Made by a program: the position numbers and the translations under genes. The notes beneath the pieces are model-generated. The model ran no database searches, was not told where the DNA came from, and worked only from the letters and a program-made list of their open reading frames with translations. A DNA stretch of 64,000 nt from a virus. The stretch lies in IMG/VR virus record IMGVR_UViG_3300030329_004107, positions 4,328 to 68,327 of that record. One strand, given 5' to 3'. Shown one piece after another: positions 39,519 to 50,536 of this stretch. How positions within the stretch are numbered: position 1 is the first letter of the stretch; every line of letters begins with the position of its first letter.

Positions 39519-40037
39519 TTAAGTTTTTTCATCGTCAGGAAGAACCAACGCGCCGTGTTCATCTCGCTCTATTGGATTTTCTTTCACTCTTTTCTGTTCT
39601 GTTTTGACAGTTTTCTTGAAATTATCCATAAAATGCTCTTTTGTTTCGGCTTTAATGAACTTTTGAATTTCTTCGCGGGAATCTTTTGAATTAAACTGAC
39701 TTAAATTACTAATTGGGGTTTCTGAATCTTCTGTAATAAATACTTTGATTGATTCATCTTGTTTTAAATTCTCTTGTTCGTCACTGGCTTCTTTAACTAA
39801 TTCTTTTAAATGAGATTTTACATTGATTTGATTAATTTCGGAATCAATTTCTTTAATAAAATAGTCTTTAAATGAGTCATCCCATTCCCATTCCACTAAA
39901 TCCACAACCTCTGGATGCGCGGAACCAGAATAGCAAAGCCAAAAGGCTTCGCGATTCAAAAATACAGGCTTGCCAATGCCGTTGTGATAGCCCATTTTGG
40001 GCTTTTGGTCGATCCAACTTAAATCATATTCATTCAT
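39519..40037 (-). CDS. Hypothetical protein
   Basis: ORF. Confidence 0.5.
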   Translation of the reverse strand: MNEYDLSWIDQKPKMGYHNGIGKPVFLNREAFWLCYSGSAHPEVVDLVEWEWDDSFKDYFIKEIDSEINQINVKSHLKELVKEASDEQENLKQDESIKVFITEDSETPISNLSQFNSKDSREEIQKFIKAETKEHFMDNFKKTVKTEQKRVKENPIERDEHGALVLPDDEKT

Positions 40038-40226
40038 AACTTAAAAAACTTTTTCTCGCAGAGAAAAATAAATAGGTTATATTCTTTTTATTCTAATCTC
40101 TACGGAGCAGGAGTTCAATTTTTTTATCAATTAAAATATAAAGCAAAGTAAAGGGCGGCTCCAAGAAATCCTACAAACTTGGAACCGCCCCGCAGCACTA
40201 GGGTAAGCAATCCAAAAACCCAGTGC

Positions 40227-42473
40227 TTAATCACCCTTTAATACGCTCTTGGTCGAGGAAACGTCGATCAAGTTAATGTAATCTATGCAGGGTTGCCATG
40301 CTGGCCCGCTCTCATCACGCAGATCGCGCCGAAAGTCCCAAGCGTCAATGAGCATGAGCATCGGGTACTTTGCGTTGAGTGCGGAGGCGTAACTAGCCAA
40401 ATCCCATTGAGGAGAACATTCAGTTAACATCGTGGACTTGCCTTGATAACTGCTCAAGATGTTTTGAAGCTCATCAAAGCTTTCAGACTTCTTGGCAGAC
40501 TTTTGCATCTCGCGGATATGCTGATGAATAGTCGCGAAATCACCATCTTGAATTTCTACATGATCTGCGAGCTTGAACAGATTATCACGGTAAAATTCTC
40601 CTTTTCTCCAAAGCGCAAGTGCATTTTTATCTGCCAAGGACTGCTCCAGACCTTGCTCCTCACCCGCTTTCACGATAACGTCTGCAAGATAATCAAACCA
40701 ATTTACCCAATTAGGATTGTTTTCTACTTTAGAGGCTTGAGCTTTTTTAATGCCGTAGATAAGCGGCTTGTCTATGTCGAGAATTTTAACTAAATCTCTG
40801 ACATTCGTAATAACTTTGCGCGGTTCAATAATCGAGGGGTTTCCATTCCAATCCTTTGCTGCGGCAATGTCACGATTGTCAACGATCTTGTATCTGTCCA
40901 AGATTACATACACTCCACTATCGTTTTCAAAATCAACATCTGTTGGTTTCCAGCGATCCGACTCCTTATCCTGCCAACCTGTTTTATCGTAATCTAAAAC
41001 AAAGGTTTTTGCTGTAATCGTCTTGCCAGTTCTTTGATTAGTAGTCGAACCACCGTAGTAATGACTGATTGCCTTTTTAGGCAAATCGGTAAGTAAAGGC
41101 ATTGCGCCATCAAAACCCGTTTGCTTCATCCACGCCTTGCGTTTTTTCGCGTTAGAAAATTCGATGAGGTACACGGTTTTGTTTTGGTCAATAGCCAGCG
41201 GCAGTAGCTTACCCAGCACTCCACGATTTCCGTTGCCGCCATCGTTTTCAACTACAACAACATTCTTACGGCAATCAATTCTATACTGCTGTTCCAAGCG
41301 CAACCGATGACCGCGATTTGGTTTAACCAATTTAAAAAGGCGCACCCCACTGTCATCGTCAACGCAACTAAAAGAGTCGCCATCTAATGCCTTTCCTTTC
41401 CAGAGCATCATCGGTGCTAACACCTGACGCAAACCATAAAGACCAGTGCTGTAATCAAACACCTGACCGTGCAAGCACTTTGCGTCGAAAAGTGTTTTGC
41501 AGCTTTTAAAATCTTTAGCAACGACTTCGCCAAGTTCTTTGGAGACTAAACGTAGCTTATCCTTGAGGTTCTTACGAGTGAAGTCAGTCATCTGCAACTT
41601 TTCGCGAGAAGCAGAGATTTCCAAATCACCGATATTAAATCGCATCACAAGACTACCAGTTAACAGGTCGGAAAGTCCAGCGTCAGCATCTTCAGTGGTC
41701 AACTGAAGGTCAGAGTACGTTACCGGATACGCGATGTTACCCATGACAGCCATTGTTTCTCTTTGGCTATACCCATACCGTCTATCACTCGGATCATCAA
41801 CCCAATCCCAGCTTTCTCCAGAGAACAAGGGAGTGTTTTTATCATACTCAAATTCCATCACGCCTTTGATTACAGGCTTGATTTTGAACCATTGAAATAA
41901 ATCCTTGCCTGTTTCTGCAAACTCGCTAACATCCTCAAGGTTAACAGGAATAACGATTTCGATCCCGTCTGGTTCTTCAGTATCTTCAGCGTGAAGTTTG
42001 CTGATTTGCCCAACTTGAGAAGGGTCGATGAATGCGTTGTAAACGTGCTTCTTACCTTTAACATAAGAATTGATAACAAAATTGTCACCATAGGCGAATG
42101 CAGATTTCGAGCCGATGCCAAGCATACCCGTTTGCTCATTGGTGTTCCGCTTGGTGGATTCACCATAAAAAGCATAAATATCCGCAATGTCATCGTCAGT
42201 AAGTGCTAATCCAAAATCACGCACCTTAAAAAAGGGAGAAAGAGTATTAGGGAAAGTGACTTCGATTGGCTCATCGGGCTTGCCAGCCTCGATATGAGCG
42301 TCCATTGCGTTGGTGCTATACTCACGAATCACAGCGCGAACTTTATCAGAATAAAGCTGATTACGCAGTACGTTAAAGATGTGGGCGATTCCAGTGGATT
42401 TGATGCCAAAGGAAACAGAGTTTGTGACGCCGCTAGTTTTTAATTTGTTAGGATTCGCTTGTGTAGGTTTCAT
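40227..42473 (-). CDS. rIIA-like protein (GHKL/MORC-type ATPase N-terminus)
   Basis: LYSDK..AVIREYSTNAMDAH, VRDFG, STKR, GMLGIGSKSAFAY; near rIIB. Confidence 0.88.
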   Translation of the reverse strand: MKPTQANPNKLKTSGVTNSVSFGIKSTGIAHIFNVLRNQLYSDKVRAVIREYSTNAMDAHIEAGKPDEPIEVTFPNTLSPFFKVRDFGLALTDDDIADIYAFYGESTKRNTNEQTGMLGIGSKSAFAYGDNFVINSYVKGKKHVYNAFIDPSQVGQISKLHAEDTEEPDGIEIVIPVNLEDVSEFAETGKDLFQWFKIKPVIKGVMEFEYDKNTPLFSGESWDWVDDPSDRRYGYSQRETMAVMGNIAYPVTYSDLQLTTEDADAGLSDLLTGSLVMRFNIGDLEISASREKLQMTDFTRKNLKDKLRLVSKELGEVVAKDFKSCKTLFDAKCLHGQVFDYSTGLYGLRQVLAPMMLWKGKALDGDSFSCVDDDSGVRLFKLVKPNRGHRLRLEQQYRIDCRKNVVVVENDGGNGNRGVLGKLLPLAIDQNKTVYLIEFSNAKKRKAWMKQTGFDGAMPLLTDLPKKAISHYYGGSTTNQRTGKTITAKTFVLDYDKTGWQDKESDRWKPTDVDFENDSGVYVILDRYKIVDNRDIAAAKDWNGNPSIIEPRKVITNVRDLVKILDIDKPLIYGIKKAQASKVENNPNWVNWFDYLADVIVKAGEEQGLEQSLADKNALALWRKGEFYRDNLFKLADHVEIQDGDFATIHQHIREMQKSAKKSESFDELQNILSSYQGKSTMLTECSPQWDLASYASALNAKYPMLMLIDAWDFRRDLRDESGPAWQPCIDYINLIDVSSTKSVLKGD

Positions 42474-42547
42474 AGTAGGATTTCTTTTTTATGTCGTATG
42501 TCTGAAAACAATATAGCACGGGCTTTAGAGTTTGTCAAATACTTTTT

Positions 42548-43609
42548 TCATTTTTTTCTCAAAGGGTTATCATCATATCCATAACACTGATTAGAAAGAC
42601 CCTTTAGTTTAGCCAGTGCGATAAATTGTATCTGTCTGATTCTCTCCCTAGTGAGGCCATGTCTCTCGCCAATTTTTTCAAGCGTTTCACTCTCTTTGTT
42701 ATCCAAGCCAAAGCGATAAATGAGAATTTGTTTTTCACGGCGCGTTAATTGGCTTAAAAACTTTTCAAGCACTTCAATATCTTCAGAAAATTCATACTGG
42801 TCAGAAGGTGACTCGCTATCGTCTGGGATCATAGCCTCAAGATCGGGTGGGCTGTCGGAAACGGTGGAGTGGTTGCGTGAGGCGGGTTCTTGCAAAGAGC
42901 AAATATTCATCACCCCGCTCTCAAAAACATTTTCAACCATATTAACCGAGCATTTGGCTCCTTTAGCAATTTGCTCTCTAGTAGGTTCGTGACCATGTTC
43001 ATCTTTAAATTCATTTTTAAAAGTTAGAATACGATAATAAGCGTCCCGCGCATTTTCGGGCAATGCAATCACACGGGCATCACGGGCCAGCAAACGGAGA
43101 ATAGATTGGCGAATCCAAAAAGCTGCATAAGTAGAGAGTTTAGTCCCTTTTCCTAGCTGGAATTTATCAACTGCTCGCATCAATCCAATGTTTCCTTCGC
43201 TAATCAAATCATCCAAAGGAACACCGCATTTACTATAATCCCCTGCTATTTTAACAACGAGTAAAAGATTAGATGTTATTAGCTTTTCTCTTGCTTCTCG
43301 ACCAATTCTACGAACTCGGCCATTGCAACCGTTTTTTAAAGCGCGAGTGTCTCTCCATTTAATAAAATCAGTAAATAGCTTTTGTTCTTCGGCGCGTTTT
43401 AATCTAGGGAATTTGCCTATTTCTTCTAGGTACATTCCTAAAGCAGTTTCGTTATCGTTATCCCAAATTTGAACGCCGTCTTTGTTCTCTTTTTCCCATT
43501 GACGTTTTTTCAGCCTTGCCGCATTAAGCTTCCTAAACCTAGAATTGGTGCTATTGCGTTTGCTTGCTGCTTCTGATTTGGTCATTTTCTTTTTCGATTG
43601 TTTTTTCAT
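42548..43609 (-). CDS. RpoD/RpoS-like sigma70 factor
   Basis: DLISEGNIGLMRAVDKF, STYAAFWIRQSI, TLEKIGERHGLTRERIRQI. Confidence 0.92.
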   Translation of the reverse strand: MKKQSKKKMTKSEAASKRNSTNSRFRKLNAARLKKRQWEKENKDGVQIWDNDNETALGMYLEEIGKFPRLKRAEEQKLFTDFIKWRDTRALKNGCNGRVRRIGREAREKLITSNLLLVVKIAGDYSKCGVPLDDLISEGNIGLMRAVDKFQLGKGTKLSTYAAFWIRQSILRLLARDARVIALPENARDAYYRILTFKNEFKDEHGHEPTREQIAKGAKCSVNMVENVFESGVMNICSLQEPASRNHSTVSDSPPDLEAMIPDDSESPSDQYEFSEDIEVLEKFLSQLTRREKQILIYRFGLDNKESETLEKIGERHGLTRERIRQIQFIALAKLKGLSNQCYGYDDNPLRKK

Positions 43610-43625
43610 TTTAATTAATTTTTAT

Positions 43626-43991
43626 TTAACAGCGAGAGAAGATGCCAGCAGCCTTCTCAAATTTTCCCAGCGCGGTAAAAAATAAATTAGATAATTTTTG
43701 ATCGTATTTATATGTCTCGTTGACAACATACATCAAGTTCATTCTAATTTGTTTTATTTCATTTTTATTTTCACAATTCAATACGGCGCGTTCAAATTGA
43801 TTTTTGCCTTTACTATCTTCGTGATAAGATTCATTACTGCCCAAGAGCATTTGCGTAAAGGCGTCTGCCGCAGCTTCGCGACCAAAGGCTTCGATCTCCA
43901 ACCCGTTTGGCCCGATAACTTGGTATTTCCTGCCAAGAGATGTTTTTCCAAGGCAGCGCAGTACGGTGCGAGGATTTTCAACGAATCTCAT
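43626..43991 (-). CDS. Hypothetical protein
   Basis: ORF in tandem. Confidence 0.5.
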   Translation of the reverse strand: MRFVENPRTVLRCLGKTSLGRKYQVIGPNGLEIEAFGREAAADAFTQMLLGSNESYHEDSKGKNQFERAVLNCENKNEIKQIRMNLMYVVNETYKYDQKLSNLFFTALGKFEKAAGIFSRC

Positions 43992-44208
43992 TCATCGCCT
44001 TTCCTTCAATTTCTGCGAGGGACTCGGTAACATAGATCAGTCTTTTAGAAGTGAGGGTTAATTCAGTATATATTTCTCCTGTTTCTTTGGAGCTATCAAA
44101 GACCGAGCCGCCGTCACCTCCTTGTAAAGTTTTAGCCATTACGACATTATCCCAATTAACTAATACTTTATCTTTGCTACCGTCACGCAATGTTAATTTT
44201 ATATTCAT
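43978..44208 (-). CDS. Small protein, FlbD-like pattern
   Basis: IKLT...VLVN...YVTESLAEI. Confidence 0.45.
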   Translation of the reverse strand: MNIKLTLRDGSKDKVLVNWDNVVMAKTLQGGDGGSVFDSSKETGEIYTELTLTSKRLIYVTESLAEIEGKAMNEIR

Positions 44209-44214
44209 AATTTG

Positions 44215-45090
44215 TTAATCCTTCTCCCACCATTTTTGGTATCGGTCAACGTCTCGTAAAATTGAATCTGGAAGTTTTAACAAAACTTCGTCGGCAAAAC
44301 CGCATACATGGTAAATCATATACCAATATTCTTCTTTATTATACATTCTAGGATTATCAATAAAATCATATAACGGGCCATAATAGGCTTGATCTTCTAA
44401 ATCGTCCCAACCGTTTCCTTCTCGCCACTCATTTTTATTTCTTAAATCATTCAAAATCTCAAAACCACTTTTTTGTCGCAACTCTTGCTCTGAAAGTTTG
44501 GCATACTCACTTTCTAAATTAGAAAAAGGAACCATTTTTTTAAATTGTTTATGCGCGTCATTTCTTGCGTCTGCGCCATTGTCTGAACTGCTACTCCACT
44601 TTAGATTAAACTTGGCCCAAAGAACTTTGCATGGGCAACAATAACCAAACATTCTATGTAAAAGCGATGCGTAATGTACGGTAGCTTTATCATTAACATC
44701 ATTTATATGATCCACTTCGGTTAATTCATCGGGACTCGGATTAAAAATGCTTACTAATGCTGTAAGTTTATGCGCCCCTATTCCAAAAGTATTAGGATAT
44801 TGTTGGCGACTCGTTTTCAACTCTCCATCGTCGCCGTTTCCCATGTCTATACTATATTTGTGTCCATCTTCTCTTATGACACAGGGCAACGGGTTAGATG
44901 TTTGCCCAAACCCATCCCATCCTCCCATTTGAAGATATGCTTGATGTTGGCTTTTCTTTCTTGTTTTATGGATTTTTTCTATTACAGCTTTGGGCCACAG
45001 CCCACAATCTAATGGGTTTACGCTATTTAAAAGAGGTATTGTTTCGTAACCTTTCCACTCCGCGCCATAATAATTTTTCTTCCAAATCAT
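44215..45090 (-). CDS. HNH-type endonuclease domain protein
   Basis: AHKLTA...NP...VDHIND...NLKW....DN. Confidence 0.55.
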   Translation of the reverse strand: MIWKKNYYGAEWKGYETIPLLNSVNPLDCGLWPKAVIEKIHKTRKKSQHQAYLQMGGWDGFGQTSNPLPCVIREDGHKYSIDMGNGDDGELKTSRQQYPNTFGIGAHKLTALVSIFNPSPDELTEVDHINDVNDKATVHYASLLHRMFGYCCPCKVLWAKFNLKWSSSSDNGADARNDAHKQFKKMVPFSNLESEYAKLSEQELRQKSGFEILNDLRNKNEWREGNGWDDLEDQAYYGPLYDFIDNPRMYNKEEYWYMIYHVCGFADEVLLKLPDSILRDVDRYQKWWEKD

Positions 45091-45936
45091 TTCTATTCCT
45101 CTTTACCTAATTCTTTAGGAATTGCGGGTCGCTCTTTTTCAATTAAGTCTATAATACCTTGACAACGATCAACGTATTGATCCGTGGTTAAATGATTACC
45201 GTCTCGCGTATCGGGGCATCTATCGTAGATCGCTTTTATAATTTCATAATTTCTCATTTTAAATAATATCAAATAGTTTAAGTATAATTACAATTTGTAG
45301 AACCAACGTGCAGAGAGCTAATGTAGTCCTCATTAATTCCATCAGATGATTGCATCTGTCTAGTTTTCTTTCTATTGCTTGTAACCACTTCATAATTTTT
45401 TAATCAAATAATGCCGTTTTAATCCTTCGCCAAAACCCGATGGGTTGTCGGGTGTTGGCCCGAATGTCAGGCGTTTCCTCAATAACCTCATCGTTTTTAT
45501 TCAGCCCCAATCTTTCGTAATTATCAACCACTTGGGAATCCGTTAAATCTCTATTTGCTCCCGCGCCGTACATTAAAATGCACCACAGGTCGAGTCGCTG
45601 ACGCAAGGTATTGATTTGGCCTTTTGTGTATTTCATAATTATTTATGCTCGCTAAAAGGACGGTTGCGGTTGTATTCGTTGCGCTGCTCCTCCTCGTCAT
45701 TTTTTTGCCATTCAGTTTCAACAAAGTCCAATGTCGCTTTAATCTTATCTTTAAGCCGCTCTTGGCCTTCGACTGTATTGATGTGCGCTTGGTTCATGTC
45801 GCGTAGATTATAGTAAACCTCATCAAGTATTTGTTTATCGGTCATAAAAATATCCTATCATAGACTTTAATTTATGTCAATGCTTTTTTCGTGCTTGAGA
45901 GCGTTTACTATCTTTCATTTTTAAATTTTTTTATAT

Positions 45937-46254
45937 TTAATCTTCTTCAATAGTGATGCAATCCCATTCTTCGTCAAACGGAAATATGAAAGCGGGAGTA
46001 AATTCTCCAACGTATGCTCCTGTTACGTTAAATTGAAAGTATTCGATAGCTTCCCCGCAATCCATCTTATCTCTTTCCATAAGTATGTCAATACATTTTG
46101 AACTATCGTAGCAAGCCACTGGCTTTTTACCAAAAACCTCGCTAACCCCCATAAACGCCTCCTCGAAACCATCAGCTAAAAGAATGTCATCAACAAAATC
46201 TGGATAATTATCTTCTAGGTAATTGTCTATTCCTTCTTTAATACTTACTTTCAT
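45937..46254 (-). CDS. Conserved-looking phage hypothetical protein
   Basis: ADGFEEAFMG...YD...EAIEYFQFNV.GAYVGE.TP. Confidence 0.65.
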   Translation of the reverse strand: MKVSIKEGIDNYLEDNYPDFVDDILLADGFEEAFMGVSEVFGKKPVACYDSSKCIDILMERDKMDCGEAIEYFQFNVTGAYVGEFTPAFIFPFDEEWDCITIEED

Positions 46255-46457
46255 TTTTTTTTCTCCTTTTTTCAATATCCCTTTGATTGCGTTGAGTCTG
46301 CTTTTCTGATAACATACTCAAACGTAAAGCTCTTATAGCCTCCTCGCCCTCTTTGTCTGTCGGGTATCCATCTTGCGGCGGCTGGTAATCAGCGGGTAAA
46401 GGCCAACGGGAGGCCCAAGTATAATGCAGCTTTTTTTTCTTAACGCCCATTAATCTT

Positions 46458-48526
46458 TTATTTTTTGTGGCGGGGTGTACACAGTTGCAAAATGCCAGAC
46501 CCTTCATTCATGTAGTCTTGTATTTGATATATGGCCTCAAGGTGTTTTTTATCTTCAGCGGAAAAGGCTCGTTTCTTTCTCGAAACGGTTTTCTCATACG
46601 CTCCGCTTTCCGCGAGCCTCAACACTATCTCCATTGCTTCTCTGTTAGTCATTTAATTCCAATCCCATTTCAGACAATGCTTCTGTCCAAATTTCCCTCT
46701 GCGCTTTCATAATATCATCTGCAATTTCTTCTCTTGCAAAGTCAGAGGTTAGGTTTGCTTGCTTCAACCCATAGGATTGTAACACTTTCATTATGGCTTC
46801 TTTTTCTTTAGTCATTTATGCCTCCCATTCTTCAATTTCAAGGATTTCAAAGTTAAGACTCTTTGCTCTCGCTTTATAGGCTTGATAAACCGCCGCCTCG
46901 CTTCGGTATCTCCCCGCCGTCATCTCCCAAAGCGGGTTAGCGCATCGAGGCCGCGCATTTCCTTCGCCTTTATATTCAACGAGCATTCTGTATTTTTTTA
47001 ATGGTTTCATCGTTCTATCTTTTCAAAGTGTTTGTCTACAATGTCGAGTATGTCCTCTTGAACTTTCTGCGCTTCTTCTCCGTGCCAAATCCAGCCAGAG
47101 GGTTTACTCAAGAGATATTCTTCAACATCTTCGTGAATGTCTGCTTTAACGTCTAGTATCTTGTATCCCATAATTTAATCTCCTAATTTCCGCTGCTCCA
47201 TTTACCGTACAAATCCCATGCTTCGTCAGCCCATTTTTCACCATAGACCTTTTGCTTCTCTGCAAGGTAGACTTCCACCTCATCGTAGGGAGTATTTTCG
47301 TAAACTTTAATAAGGTCTGTTTTAAGTATCTTGTATTTCATTATGCGTCCTCCCTCATTAAGTCGTTCATGTAGTCTTGCATCTGATAGATAGCCTCATA
47401 ATTATTCATGCCATCCACATCACTTTGAACACCTTCATCTTCTGCTACTTGCGCTCCCAAGTCTGCGAGCTTCAGCACTCGCTCCATTGCTTTTCTGTTA
47501 GTCATAATTTAATCCTTCGTCTTTTTCTTTATTCTTGCTTCTTGTCTTGCTCGTACTCGTCTCATCATACGGTCATCACCGTGTATATGGTAAATGCCCT
47601 GCAAGGCTGGAGTTGCGCCAAATTTTCCATATTCTTTTAATTTAAGTTTTGCATTTTTACGTTTTCCCATAATTTAATCCTTCATTTGTTCGTCATTGTG
47701 ATCGAGCAACCATGCTACCGCAATCATTGACGAAAATATAGCCCCAGCGTAAATTAGTATTTCCACTAGCTGTCCATGTGTTGTTGTAGTTGGTCACGCA
47801 AACGGACAAGCTCATCGTCAGACATATCCATTTCTTCGACTATTGTATCTGGAACAGTAGCCATCGCTATCCGCGCCATTTCTAAATAAGTAATATTATC
47901 TTCTTTCATTTAATTCTTCGTCTTTCTCTTTATTCTTGCTTCTTCTCTTGCTCGTAGCCGTCTCGTCCTACGGTCATCAACGTGTGTCTGCCTCGCATAA
48001 TTATTGGCAACGGCCACACCAAATTTTTCATAATCTTTTCCTCTCTTGCCGCCGATTTTCCTCGCCATAATTTAATCCTTTCTAATGTTTTCGTTAATCC
48101 TTTCGGAAACCCACAAACCAGCAAACCCAAAGTAACGTAAGGCTAAATGCAAATAATGCTTCAATCATTTTACCTCCTAATTAAATCGTTGCAATAATCT
48201 TGCGCTATCGCCAACGCCTCTTGTTCCCTATTGTATTGTTCTCCCTGTTCAGCGTACATGATGTCGTGTTCAGCAAGGGTATTGGCTTTTGCCAATTTTA
48301 ATACAATTTCAAATGCTTCTTTAGTTGTCATAATTTATAGCAGCCCTTCTTGTTCTTCCCATTTTAGAGCGTGTGCTTCAAATTGTTTTAGCTTCTGCAA
48401 AACTTCTTCGTCGCTTATCTCTCTTTCCCATGCGTCAGCACCGTAGGCTAGTTCCCATACTTCTTCCACGAAATCTCTGTCGAGAACTACTTCGTGTTTG
48501 CTTAATGTAATTACTTTATCTTCCAT
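46458..48526 (-). other. Cluster of ~12 micro-ORFs (about 25-65 aa) including internal paralog families
   Basis: Examples: 46458-46652, 47341-47505, 47509-47670, 47910-48068, 48094-48168, 48170-48331. Confidence 0.6.
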
Positions 48527-48527
48527 T

Positions 48528-49196
48528 TTATATTCCTTTCCCGTAGGGGATTGCTTCTAGTCTTTCGATTTCTTTTTGTAGATTATCAATGTGGTATTCT
48601 TTTACCGCTTCATTCTTCTGCTCTACGGAATCAAACTCTTTGTAGAGATGGATTGTCTCCAGATGCAAGTCATCTTTATCAAGTCCTTGAGCTTCGATAA
48701 TCTCTAGTGGGGTTGTACGTCCACTCCACTTACTAGCTAAATTGTTGTATGGATTTGTGAGTTGCTTCCACACTCTTTCCTCCATGATTGCTTTGGCACT
48801 CCACCAGTTGTCAGGATTACGATGTTTCCAAGCGTGAGCTTCCCAAAGCATATACTTGTCAGCGCGTTGCCAGTAGCTTTTAGAGTTGGGGTGAAAAGGA
48901 TAGTCGCCGTAGCTGTCATCAAAGTAAAGACCATAGCCGTCAAAGTCATAACGTGGACTGAACCAATCGTTAGAATTAAAGTCACACTGTTCGGTAATGC
49001 CAAGGTTGGCTCCAGAAAATTGTCGCTTCTTTCGTGCTGGGCCGAGAGTTCTCTCGTTGTCCCAATCGTATGTGTACCCCTCGAAAGATACAGCCCATGT
49101 GCCGAGCCTCATGTAGAGTAATTCAGATTCATCTATGCGGAAGGCTGGGATGCCTGTTTCGACTACTTTTAATGGGTCTGGTTCTTTTGTCATCAT
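48528..49196 (-). CDS. Hypothetical aromatic-rich protein
   Basis: 222-aa ORF. Confidence 0.55.
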   Translation of the reverse strand: MMTKEPDPLKVVETGIPAFRIDESELLYMRLGTWAVSFEGYTYDWDNERTLGPARKKRQFSGANLGITEQCDFNSNDWFSPRYDFDGYGLYFDDSYGDYPFHPNSKSYWQRADKYMLWEAHAWKHRNPDNWWSAKAIMEERVWKQLTNPYNNLASKWSGRTTPLEIIEAQGLDKDDLHLETIHLYKEFDSVEQKNEAVKEYHIDNLQKEIERLEAIPYGKGI

Positions 49197-49604
49197 GTTT
49201 GTCTAATTATTGGTACTTTTTTCTTAACTGTATTAAAACTCTATGCTGCATTCTTAAATATTCTGGATGGTCTTGGCACTCGCCTTTAACAAGTTTCTCG
49301 CCGCATACTTCACATTTTTTAATTATGCGAGATGGTTTTGGCTTGCGCCCAAACACCTCTTGCTCTAACTCAAGAATCGTTTTTTGTCTTTCTTCTTCCG
49401 TCATCGCTAAATCTATTAAACCACACGCTTTAAACTCTGTCAAGTCTTTTAATTCTTTTTTATATCAACAGACTGAGCTAGATAACGTATCTCTGGCTCG
49501 AAAAGCAAATCATGGTGCTTGTGCTGCGGCTTCGCGCTAGAGCAACCCGTTAAAAAGCCAACGGTTGCGCCTACGCATACGATTAATGTAATTAATTTCA
49601 TAAT

Positions 49605-50504
49605 TTAAAATAGTTCTAATGCTGCTAATGCTGTAATAGCATTGTCTTTGTGTTTGAGTTCTATATCATAGTCAACAGGCATATCGACACTGAAAGGGGG
49701 TGCGGCAGTAGGCATATCGGCATGACTGCGCGGGTTAGGCTTGTCAGGATGAGATTCGGAGTAGTGAAACAACGGCTTGCAAGGCCAAGTAGCATAGCAT
49801 AGCCGAAACGCTTGGTCTTGAGTAAGGCCGTCAGGCAAGCACTTGTGGTGCAAATTGTCGTAAGTAATTGGAATATCGAAATGCTCTGCAAGTAATTTGG
49901 GAGTCCAGATACCCTTGTCCTCGTTCTCTACGACGAGCCGTTGCTGAACGCTCCAGTTACACTTGGCAAGATTAGACATGAAACGTGCAGCGATGTCAGC
50001 GGGGTCGCCTTTGGTATTATTGACATGGATATTGATAGGAGAACGATAATCACGGGGCGCACCTAGCATATCCATGAGACAACCATGAAAATCAAGTTCT
50101 TTGATAGTTTTAGCTACATTGTGCTTGCCTTCGCTTGCAAGCACGTTGAACTGGTCGGGATGACAAGATACACGAATAGAAAAAGAGGCGATAACACTAG
50201 CACAAGTTTGCAAAACCGACATGATCTCATCGTAGTCTGGATAATCACGCAGTCGCAACGCAGCAACCTCGTATGTAAGGAGCGGAAACAAATTAGAACT
50301 AACACGATAACCCCAACCCTCGTCAGCGCATTGCTGGAGAACCTTACGCATAACGTGAATATTGTTGAGTGTACGCGCAGATAAAGTAGAGATAGCATCG
50401 TCGCGGTCAAGCTGCGAAAAACGATGCCAAGTCATCGTCTGAAACTTGTAGCCCTGCTCTGCTAACGAATTAGATATGCAACAAAGATTGTAAGTGCCGC
50501 GCAT
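49605..50504 (-). CDS. uvsE: UV-damage endonuclease UvsE
   Basis: YRVSSNLFP, SCHPDQF, INIHV, LVVENED, YDNLHH, FHYSES, HAD, ELKHK. Confidence 0.92.
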   Translation of the reverse strand: MRGTYNLCCISNSLAEQGYKFQTMTWHRFSQLDRDDAISTLSARTLNNIHVMRKVLQQCADEGWGYRVSSNLFPLLTYEVAALRLRDYPDYDEIMSVLQTCASVIASFSIRVSCHPDQFNVLASEGKHNVAKTIKELDFHGCLMDMLGAPRDYRSPINIHVNNTKGDPADIAARFMSNLAKCNWSVQQRLVVENEDKGIWTPKLLAEHFDIPITYDNLHHKCLPDGLTQDQAFRLCYATWPCKPLFHYSESHPDKPNPRSHADMPTAAPPFSVDMPVDYDIELKHKDNAITALAALELF

Positions 50505-50536
50505 GAAAACTAATATAGCACACACTTTAAATCTTG

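Noticed and set aside
40150-40226. Tandem hairpins after rIIA (also 38581-38640 and 35205-35247) as ncRNAs
   Set aside because: They sit right after stop codons, so terminators or mRNA-processing/stability stems explain them more simply.
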